Source: the human T2T-CHM13v2.0 reference genome, Homo sapiens. Taken from it: a stretch of 64,000 nucleotides of DNA. Under the pieces are notes generated by a model. It was not told the DNA's origin. It was given only the letters and a program-made list of their open reading frames with translations, and ran no database searches. Both the position numbers and the translations under genes were made by a program. Below, one piece after another: positions 53,020-64,000 of this stretch. The stretch is taken from the NCBI RefSeq assembly GCF_009914755.1, contig NC_060928.1; one strand, given 5' to 3'. The first letter of the stretch is position 1, and each line of letters begins with the position of its first letter.

Positions 53020-55745
53020 GTGTAGGCAGCTTCTAAATTACACTTAAATGATTCCCACTTCTTGATGTTAAACTTAGGTTGTATCATTTATTACAAATAG
53101 ACTGTGGTGATGAGAAGTGATGAAATGTCACTTCCGAGATTAAATTACAGAAAGAGGAATCTGTCTTGGGATGCTCTCTTTTCCTCCCCTGGCCATTTGT
53201 TCTAAGGGAAGCCAGCTGCTGTGTCATGAGCCAACATGTTGTCAGGTCCATATGGTAGAGAGGTTTCTGGATAACTACAAGTGAGAAATTGAGGTTCTCA
53301 GTTCAACAGCTCACAAGTAACTAAATCCTTCCAACAGCAAGGTGAGTGTCCTTAGAAACAGATACTCTCCCAGAAAAGCCTTCAGATGAGAACACAGCTC
53401 AATCAATACTTTCATTGCCAGCCTTGTAAGAAACCTTGAAACAGAACCAGCTGGCTAAGGGACACTTGGATTCCTGACCCAGTGAAGTTATGAGATAATC
53501 ATTTTAGGAATTTGTTTGTTTGTTTGTAAGATGCTAGGTTTGTTTGGATAAGATGCTAGGTTTGTTTGTAAGATGCTAGGTTAGGTTGGGAATTTGTTTA
53601 TTTGTTTATAAGATGCTAGGTTTATAAGATGCTACACTTGTTTGTTTGTAAGATGCTAGGTTATAGGGTAATTTGTTATGCAGCAGTGGGTAACTGCGAT
53701 GGTTGATATTGAGTGTCAACTTGATTGGATTGAAGGATGCAAAGTTTTGTTCCTGGGTGTGTCTGTGAGGGTGTTGCCAAAGAAGATTAACATTTCAGTC
53801 ATTGGAATTTGAGAGGCAGACACACCCTCAATCTGGGTGGGCAACATCTAATCAGCTGCCAGTGCAGCTAGAATAAAGCAGGCAGAAGTTGGAAGGACTT
53901 GACTTGCTGAGTATTCAGGCCTCCATCTTTCTCCCTTGCTGGATCCTTCCTGCCCTTGGACATCAGACTCCAAGTTCTTCAGCTTTTGGACTCTTGGACT
54001 TACACCAGTGGTTTGCCAGGGGTTCTCTGACCTTTTGCCACAGACTGAAGGCTGCACCGTTGTCTTCCCTAATTCTGAGGTCCCTACTTTTGAGGACTGG
54101 CTTCCTTGCTCCCTAGCTTGCAGATGGCCTACTGTGGGACTTCACCTTGCGATCCTGTGAGTCAATATTCCTTAATAAACCCTCCTTCATATGTACATCA
54201 ATCCTATTAGTTCTGTCCCTCTAGAGAAACCTGACTAATACAGTAACTAATCATAATATTAGTACTGAAAGATTGGGTTCTACTGTAGCAAATACCTGAA
54301 TGTGGTAGTGGCTTTGGAACTGAGCAGTGAGTGGGTGATGTCTGGAAGGATTTTGTGAAGTGTATTAGAAAAAGCCTATATTGCCTTCAGCAGACTGTAG
54401 AATTTTGCACATTGAGGACAGTGTCATTGAGGCCACATAAGGAGGTAAAATATGTATTATTGGAAACTGCAGGAAGGCAAATCTGCTTTATGTAGTGCCA
54501 AAAAGATTAGCAATGTGACTGCCTGCACTACAGTGTGAAGTAGAAAATGTGCCTAATTACTTGAAAGATCTAACTAAGGAGATTTCTAAGGAAAGTGTTG
54601 AATGTGACATGTGATTTCTTGTGCTGATTAGAGTAAAATGTGAAAATAGGAAGATAAGTTGAGGGAAGAACTGGAAAATGGAACGGAGTCAAGTCTTGAG
54701 GGTTTTGAAAATTCTCAACCTTTCCAAATGACAATCATGCCAAAATTAAGAATTGGCTTCGGAGCAAATATTGAATCTGGGGCATTGCCAGAAATACATG
54801 CTCTAAAGATGAATCTGGGGATGTGACTGCAAATGTGTTTGTTAAGATGACAGAAAGACCAAAGGTGGTGCCAAATCAAAGATTCTCTAAGGAGATTAAG
54901 GGGGTGCTCCACAGATCCTCTCAATTTAAAAAATTGGTCATCTAGGAAGCTTAAGGTTGTTATCCCTCAGCAGTCTCAACAGGAGCCCGAGGTGGAGAAA
55001 AGCTTATTATAGAAACTTGTAGCTGTGGCTTTTGAAATCTAAATGGATAATTCTTACAAAAAAATCACAGAAGAGCCACCACGATTTTGAGATTACATCC
55101 ACAGAAACTATGATATCTTTTACTAAAAGGAACAGAAACAGTATAAATTGTAAAGAGGTCATTGGACCCACAAAATCCTACTGAAATTCTACTAAAATTT
55201 GGAGGCGGGCTGACAAAACTACTCATCTGCAAACCCATGCTACTTTTCATGGGTGGCTTAGGGTAGGGGAAGCATCCCCCAAAGAGCAGAAGCCAGATCC
55301 CAAAGTGCAGAGCCTAGGACCATGGAGAACTATTTGCACCCTTGAAATCTAATGAATACATTTTCAGCATTTGCCAGGCTGGAATTCAGAATTACTATAA
55401 ATCAATGATTCATTTGTGCCTCTCGTTGATCCCTCTACTTTTTGAACAGAGATGAACAAATATTCTACACCTACCCAAACTTTATATTGATATGTTGGAG
55501 ACAAATTACTTGTCTCCTTAGTTTCATAGGTCTGAAGATAAAGAAGAACTGCATTCTAGAAACTGTATATAAGAAACTGTGCCCTGGCAGCCTCATCCCA
55601 CTAGGGACTGATTTAGGTCATGAGATCCTAGACTTTGAGCTAATATTGTGATGGGATGAGACTGCTGGGGACCTTCAAATAAGGTGAGGATATTTTGCCT
55701 GCAGAAGGGATACAAGTTTTTGGAATCATAGAATACAAAGTGGTA
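53020..55745 (+). mobile_element. MLT1(E/F-like) LTR plus MaLR internal region, interrupted by MLT2A
   Basis: LTR end ggtaatttgttatgcagcagtgggtaac|taat split by the insertion; internal gtggctttggaactgagcagtg...; expanded tttgtaagatgctagg repeats at 53510-53662. Confidence 0.75.
53695..54242 (+). mobile_element. MLT2A2-like (HERV-L) solo LTR
   Basis: tgcgatggttgatattgagtgtcaacttgattggattgaagg...ctgactaataca; perfect 5-bp TSD gtaac at 53690-53694 and 54243-54247. Confidence 0.92.
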
Positions 55746-58743
55746 CACAGAAAGAAATAATTAATATAGGCCTATAAGACCTAAGTTAACATTTAGGTTT
55801 TGACTTTTACTAACTAAGATATTTAAAAATATATATTTACCATATCCAAGAGTAGTCATCCTTAGTATTATATTTATTATATGTGATGCTTAATAATTAT
55901 TTGCTGGCAGTGATGCTGTAGCAATACTCCATGGAAGTCAATTTTAATTTGCGACTCTACTTTTCTCCTTTCACTTCATCATATATCCTCAGTTTATTTC
56001 TATTAGATGCCCTGGATTCGATTTTATAAATCTCGTTAGTAATTGATGTATTCTCTTTTCTCTCTTTAATATTACCAGGATGACTTCTGAGTACTCAGTG
56101 GACAAATATCAGAGCAATTCATACTCTTTTGAAAAACTCTAAATTATCCATTTAGATCTCAAAAATTCTTTTGCGATCCAGGCTCAAATGCAAATATTCA
56201 TTTATTAATGAATGTTTTCTTTTAAAGAAAACCTACTGCTAGTAAGTTATATTACAGTGAACATTAAAATACAAAAAAGACATGAAGTGTAATGCTTTAG
56301 AGTTTAATCAAATTTTAAAATACCTCACATTATTATGAGATTAGCAGATTTTCAAAATAACTATAAATTCTCACTAATGTTGTTAAACAAGTTTTGCCAT
56401 TCAGTGAGTATGTATTTCTAAGTGAGAGATCAAATCTAAATCAAAGACAAGTTCAAAGATTTTGTGAGAAGGGTTTATTCAATGCTATTAAAAAAGATAT
56501 TGTTTTGTTGAGTTCTCAAGTTTTCTTATTATATCAAGCTTCTTAATAAGAAAATCATTTATATATTACTTGAGATGTATCATTTATATATTACTTGATT
56601 TCCTTATATGCATAGAATAAATACACAAATATTTGTATATTTGACCAAAACCAAAACTATTTCTATGACAAATTACTTTTGAATACATGGTTCTTTTCAA
56701 ACATTACCAACCATCTTCTCCCAAATGTGAATATTTGATTTTTTTGCTTCTTCTAACTAGTACTTCCCATAGATCCAGGCTCAATAAATAATTCTCTTGG
56801 AGAACTTTATTTTTTTCCCCAAAACAATTAATCTCGAAGATAAACATAATTCAACAGAAAAAGAGGAAAATAATAATATTGTGTTAAATATTTGTAAGAT
56901 GTGAGCATTTTCAGGGGTTCTCACAGAGTTCTTGTAAACTGCTACAGGTCACCAACTTCCATACAATCACATTCTGCTGCTACTGTCCCAGTGTAGTGAT
57001 ATATTTATTTTTTATTTGTTATTTGCCTCTGTTTTACAGTTTTACCTTTTCCATCTTATTGTGATTGTAGATTGGTCAGAATATGTGAGTATGTACATAG
57101 GACCAGAGCTCAAAATAATGGTTTGATGGTTGAAGGCTTCCATAATACTTAGGTGGACACTGGGCTTTTCAGAAACTAGATAATGTTTCATGAACTGCTA
57201 TGGGGTTCACACATTTCTTTCATTACTTCTTGAGAAACCGCAACTTTGATAATATAACTTAGATGAAAGTTTGATAATCTCCAATCATCTCACACTTACG
57301 TCTTTCACTGCTCCTTGGAAATCTCAGGTCAATATTATTTAATATCATTTTTATTAATATGATCTATCAGTTGTTCAGCAATTCTCCATTGATACCTACC
57401 CTGCATCAGGAATGGATTTGGTGGCTAGGGATAGAGCAGTGAACAGAAGATGGGCAGGGTGATAATTTCTTACCAGTCTTTTAAGTTTCCTTAAGTAATT
57501 GAGAAAAAAACTTAAATTTTGTAATTCAGAAAAAAACTTAAATTTTGATTGTGATGAGAATTGTTATAGTTGAGACTAGATACATAAAACATATACATAT
57601 ATATTCAAAAACACATGCACACATATACATTTATGCATACATATACTTGTTATGTTTAATCTCCAGATTTCAGTTTGTTTTATGGAAGTGAGTTAAAATT
57701 TTGATAATCTCCAATCACCTCAAGGCTAAATATGAAGGCTGTGGTAGTATTTTTTATTTTCTTGCTCCATATTACTGGCTGAGTAGATGGGGATACTCTT
57801 TAGCATTTTATTTTTTTCTGCATGTAAGTGACAGAGAATTTCATTTTGACATTATTCGGATGTTTTAACATTAAATGACTTTTCAGGAAAGTAAATTCAT
57901 CCTTTGTTGTGGGTATACAGTTGGAAGATGATAGGAGTTTTTTTAGATCCAGCTGTTGACTAGATGAAGTAGGCAAAGTTCATTATTCCTTGTAGCAATT
58001 TTTGTGCACATATGCAATCTTTGTGTCTCCTTACCAATGTCTGTCCTCCTCTTTATTGTACAAGGAATAATGCTTTATCTGTGTCGCCTAATTTCTTAGA
58101 ACTCACCTTGAAATGTGTAATAAATGTTTTGTGGATAACTTTATTAAGCTAAGATAAAAGCTTTCTAAAATTTTGTCTATTCAGGATTATATTGATTAAA
58201 AGTGATAGAATCTGAACCCAAACAAGTTTAAATAAAGTGTGGAATTAATTTCCTCAGGAAATCTAAGCAAGTTTCAAAAAAAACCAAAACGACACCCCAC
58301 AGGAAATGTAGGAACAATTAGAACCAGGTACATGAACTCCATGAGGACTTCTCTTTTCCCTCCTTTTTGTTGCCTGTTAGTTTCTATTTTTGTCTTTTAT
58401 TTTGCCTGAGACAGAAAACTCTAGTACTCTTTTTTTAAGCATTGAATGACATGTGGCCACTAATATTTCTTATGTTTTCTGACTTCAAACTTGAGCTCCA
58501 AAGTGAGATTGAGTAACTTCCTCGTAGTCTAAATGTAAAAACACAAAATCTAAGACTTAGACAGTTGTGGCATAGGCCCGACACAACCTGGAACCAATAA
58601 TTGCTTATGGTGAGTGGGCAGGTGGTATTGTAATAACAGAAAGAGACCCTGGTAATCACATAATCATAGGAAAATATTTGGCAATCAGATGAGGATATGT
58701 TTGTGTGCGTGGAGTGCAGGGGGCTTCCAATGAAATTATTCTC

Positions 58744-58796
58744 CAAACCTGCACATTGGGCACATGTATCCTAAAACTTAAAGTATAATAATAAAA
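58744..58796 (+). mobile_element. 53-bp L1PA 3' terminus
   Basis: aaacctgcacattgggcacatgtatcctaaaacttaaagtataataataaaa; TSD gaaattattctc at 58732-58743 and 58797-58808. Confidence 0.9.
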
Positions 58797-60594
58797 GAAA
58801 TTATTCTCAAAGCAATTCAGTATACATCACCACCAACTAATTCCTATTTTGTGCTTCAATCTTTAAATAATGGATCTTCAATTTATCCTGAGATATATCC
58901 TGTATGAATTATAATCTTAACACTTGCTACTTTTAAAATTGTATGCAGTACTTCAATCCATGAATTGCAAGCTACAATATTTCCATGGTTAAATACTTGC
59001 ATTGTCCAATAGAGGCAGAAAATATGTATAGCAAGCAAATAGACAGAAATTTGACTCCAGCTCCCTCTCTTATTCCATGAGTTTAGGAAAATTACTTATG
59101 CTCTTCTATATAATGGGGAAAATAAAGGTAATACCTATTTTGGTTATTATGAAAATTAAATGAGATAAGGCCAGTAAAGCAGGATTATTTTGAACTTTAA
59201 ATGAGATTAGTTCAACTGCCTTATGCATTTTTACCTTTTAAATATAGGCAAAAGGTAATTAATTGTTCTTCAAGGAACTACATCCTCTCTTTTAACATTG
59301 AGGTAGTTTTTCACATCATTTAGAAAAGTGTTAAACAGATATTACATATAACTATAATTGGGTACTTGGCTATTTGGTTTCAATAAGGAAAATATATAAC
59401 TCCCAGATACAAGTTTAAGATTTTTAGGGCTAAATTGCACATTATTCAAACCAAATTTTGAGCAAAAATATCGCTTCAATTTATTGAATAACATTAGCAG
59501 TAAAGTATTGCCATTCTTCAGCCTGAATCTGTAAATTAATTTAGAAAGAATTGTTGAAATAATATTTTCTCTGTTACTATAATTACCAGTGTGTTGACTT
59601 GAAGATGTATTTCCAAGAATCTACAGTTTTCTCGTATTTAATTTTGCTCCCAACCACAAGCAGTTTTGCACCCTGTTGAAGATGACAGGAGACATCTCCA
59701 TAGTCAATGGTTTTCTGGCTTCATGTAAGATTAATTTTGTAGCCATTTCTTTTCAGCTTTCAATATAATTTCTGAGGAAAGTTAACTATATATCTAACAT
59801 CAGTCACATATTTCTGAAAAAGAAACCCTTTCACTCTAACACCAGGTTATTCTTTTACTCTCCCATTTTGTTTATATTTCAAATAATCAGTTACCAAGTA
59901 TCTTTTATTTTATGTTGAAAATAAACTTATGTCTGCCTTCCGATTCCAGAGCAAAGTGACTTAAAAACAACAGAAAGCACTTCTAGCTTACAGATCGATG
60001 GTTCACTGTGATTGCTAGGCTCTACTTGCCTCTACTCTGTGTGTGTTTTCTTTTTAGAACCCAGGCTAAGGAGACAACTATTCCTGGAGACATACTATTC
60101 TCACTTCAGAAGACAAGGAAACAACCAACAAGCTAGATCACACAATTACATTTAAAACCTCTGCTTGAACATAGCATAATTCAAATCCAATTATCTTTTA
60201 TTGGTCCAAATATGTCACATGGCCAAGCCTAACAATGAATACAGAAATATAATTGGCCTAGAGAGAGATACTTCACTTTTTATTGCGAAGAGGGTGGATG
60301 GATAATTCTTTTATTGGGTAGTGAATATTTGGGTAGTGAATATTTATTGGGTAGGAATATTTGGGAGCAAAAATGCAATCACCTGTTTCTCTCTCTCTTT
60401 TTACTAATACTCCCTTCAGATTTCTCTTTCCAAAGCAAATACTATTGTGTTGCTTTTATGCATAAAATTCTGTTTTGTCTCCAGGTGGCTTGCAGGTAAT
60501 CTAGGCTTCCTAATGTTACACACAGGATCCTTACAGAATCTGCTCCCTAACATGCCAACAGCCTCATACTTGCCGTTCTATCTTTGTTTTTCAA

Positions 60595-61040
60595 GGGGGA
60601 TAGTATCCTGAAAGTTGAATGAAGAAGAGATTTCAAAGGACCAATGAAATGAGCCAAATACTGCTGATAGATAAAGCGTGGTGAGACTTGGCCATTTGCC
60701 TTTGATTTAAAAATATGAAAGTAATTTGGGATTCGGAAGAAAACAGTTTTGTTGGAATAACAAAGGCAAAAACTTGAGTGGAGTGGATTCAAAAATAATC
60801 GAAGACTAACATTGAAAACAGGGATCAGGGAATCAGAGGAACAGTGAGGTGACTTGAAGCATATGTGGGGTCCAGAGAAGTTTTTTGTTTCTTTGTTTCT
60901 TTTTAATATGAGAGAAAATGAAGTTCTGACTGTATGTTGATTTGAATAATCCAGTGAAGAGGAAAAAGTTAATGATGTGTAAAGTATACAAGAGTCTCAA
61001 AGCAATATTCCTGAGTAAGCAGGAAAAATGAGAGCTAGGG
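60595..61040 (-). mobile_element. L2 fragment
   Basis: acttggccatttgcctttg...aaacagttttgttggaata...gagtggagtggattc...atgtggggtccagagaagtttttt. Confidence 0.5.
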
Positions 61041-61478
61041 CACGATGGAGTCTGGCCTTAGATGGCTAGGAACACGTGTGTGTTACTTGAGGCAGACCTA
61101 AAAAAATAGATATGATTGTACGAATATTCCTTCACTTTGAATTAATATTGTTAGTGAATAAGCAAGAAAGTTTATAAGCTGAGAGTGAGGATCATGGAAG
61201 AAGCACTGTGGGTCTGAAGACAGAGGGCAACATAGGAAATCATTATATAATAGAATAAGAGACTGACTGGATAGAGATACATGAAACAACCTATAGGCTG
61301 TCACAGGCTTATTCACAGGTACATCAATATTTAGAGCTATTGACAGGCATATAGATTTGACTCTGTGATTTTATATATATATGTATATATATATACACAC
61401 ACATATATATATTTATACATATTAACTTCCAATACTGCCCACACTTCATGTATGTGTATATATATGCCCGCACTTCAT

Positions 61479-62137
61479 ATATATATATCCATATATTCAT
61501 ATATATGATATATATATCCATATATTCATATATATGATATATATATCCATATATTCATATATATGATATATATATCCATATATTCATATATATGATATAT
61601 ATATCCATATATTCATATATATGATATATATATCCATATATTCATATATATGATATATATATCCATATATTCATATATATGATATATATATCCATATATT
61701 CATATATATGGATATATATTCCATATATCATATATATGATATATATATCCATATATTCACATATATGATATATATATCCATATATTCACATATATGATAT
61801 ATATATCCATATATTCACATATATGATATATATATCATATATTCACATATATGATATATATATCATATATTCATATATATGATATATATATCATATATTC
61901 ATATATATGATATATATCATATATTCATATATATGATATATATATCATATATTCATATATATGATATCATATATTCATATATATGATATCATATATTCAT
62001 ATATATGATATCATATATTCATATATATGATATATATCATATTCATATATATGATATATATATCATATATTCATATATATGATATATATATCATATATTC
62101 ATATATATGATATATATATCATATATTCATATATTCA
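61479..62137. repeat. AT-rich minisatellite (~23-31-bp units of the type atatatgatatatatatccatatattcat)
   Basis: Over 20 units with polar variation from left to right. Confidence 0.95.
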
Positions 62138-62340
62138 TATATATATACACACACATATATGAAGTGCTTTAGGTATTTTTACCTTTTAAAAATAGGGAAA
62201 AGGCAATTAATTTAATTGTTCTTCAACGAGCTACATCCCCTCTTCTAATATTTCAATGAGCTACATCCCCTCTTCTAATATTGAAGTAGTTTTTCACATC
62301 ACTTAGAAAAGTGTTAAACATATATTCCATATAACTATAG

Positions 62341-62341
<1 letters not shown>

Positions 62342-62388
<47 letters not shown>
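62342..62388. repeat. Perfect (TA)n microsatellite, ~23 units
   Basis: Direct reading. Confidence 0.95.
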
Positions 62389-62391
<3 letters not shown>

Positions 62392-64000
62392 GTGTGGGCA
62401 GTATTGGAAGTTAATCCATTATTAAGCATGATACAGTTAAACTGGCTCAAGGATATTATATTGTAAAGTGACAGAAGCTTATAATTAGTAAAATTTAGAA
62501 GTGTAAATTTGCATTTGGTCCCTGGTATCACCCTGACTGCCCAGCAGACATGGTACACATCTCCTTTTCGCATGCTGTGCCTTTCTTTTCATTACACTAT
62601 TGTTCACTGTGGAAAACCAGGGTTTCCTTGACAGGTAAGCAGAGCTAGAACTTAAATGGAAGATGTAAGGTAACCAGAGCGCATCCTATGGCTGATGGGA
62701 AGCAATGATGCTTCCAAAGATTTCTGGTATGTTAAAATGGGCAAGTGATACAGCTTGCGGGTGGCAAAGTAGACATGTGTTAAGAATAAAAAGCAAAAAT
62801 TTTAGCCCCTGAAGCAAGATAAACTTTTTAAGCAAACTAAGACCACAATGATCTAGAAAAGAGAAGATGGCATAACTTACACTTATTGGAAAGTATAAAA
62901 TCTCAATTTTTATTAAAGGCAATACTCTATATTAGTGAAACAAGTGTATGAGAATTCTGTACAAAAAATAATGTTCAGTAAACAAAAGACTATTGGAATT
63001 TTTTAAATTGCCCTAAGAGACTTCAAACCTAAAATTTGTTATTTTTGAAGGTTCAGAACATACGCACTTTCTTTTATACAGTTTTGTGTATATATGTGTG
63101 TGTGATGCAGACAATGGGTATAATAATGAGGAATGGTATTTAAAATATACCTGCATTTTATGCTTAGCCTTACACTCAAGCCTATACCCCAAATCATTAA
63201 ATCTGTCATTTTAAATGCCTATGAAGGCAGATTCACTTTGCCCTAGAGGCAGAAATTATAGAATTTCCCTTGATCAACTACCCAAAGAGATAATGGAGAA
63301 ATATGTCAACATACAAAAGAGATGAGTGGTATATTATTCTAATCATTCTACTTTTGGCCAAATTAACTTCCCACTTTTGTGTTCAATTTTTATGCCAACA
63401 AATATTACAAGTAGAAGCAGCCAGTGTCAGATTTACCATGTTGCCTGAAATCTACCTTGTAGCTGATGTCGTAACTATCTCCTTGTTTACCAGTAAGCTT
63501 ATGAATTACAAATTTGGGCTACCATATAGCTATAAATCATTTTGAGTGATAGCCTTCCGGTTTGCGACAAACTATTAATCTGAACCAAGGAAATGGTTGA
63601 GTAGCTAGCCTGGGGTGAGCAGATCTGTTTATTCTTCACCATATGTTTAACAGCCTCTAAACTTGCTTTCTTGGCTACATTCCAAGGCTGTCTGGGACTC
63701 ATTAAGGCTCACACAGCAAGCTACAAAAGTTTCTATAGGTCACTGACCCTGCAGTTAAGCACCACTAATGATAATTTTGTTTTTTTGGTCATTAGTAATA
63801 AGTCATCAATTGTTAAAAAGATGTGGTTGAGATTATGCTTATTTTTATCAACTCATAAATTCAAAAATTCAAAGCTTTAATGTCTATAGGGAATGAGGAC
63901 GAACTAAGGGATAGCTTCCCCCCTAACCTTTAGTGGCTGAGGCATGAGAAAAGACTTTTTCTATTATTCTGCTGATTTTTTTTTTTTTTCAAGACTTGGT

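Overview
AT-rich primate (human/great-ape-like) genomic DNA, not prokaryotic. I find no host protein-coding exon. The window is intergenic or deep intronic and dominated by repeats; subfamily names come from my recall of consensus sequences, not from a search. Main elements: (1) a Tigger3a/Golem DNA transposon carrying a ~25 x 39-bp internal minisatellite, the source of the 343-aa repeat ORF; (2) a 5'-truncated L1PA and a 7SL RNA retropseudogene; (3) old ERVL relics; (4) an ~8-kb defective class I provirus with PABL-like LTRs (26996-34989, +); (5) a 5.1-kb HERV-H copy (46639-51769, -); (6) nested MaLR/MLT2A LTRs; (7) a duplicated and inverted AT-rich segment near 59-62 kb. Two observations stand out. 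First, the HERV-H copy is not a provirus but looks like an L1-retrotransposed copy of a HERV-H mRNA: R-U5...U3-R plus a tail, a long target-site duplication (TSD), a TTTT/AA site and an extra 5' G. Second, the PABL-like provirus has an intact 58-codon ORF with two predicted transmembrane segments between pol and env. It lies directly behind a splice-acceptor-like site, stops 2 nt before the env ATG, and falls below the ORF-track cut-off; it is a candidate undescribed retroviral accessory gene.
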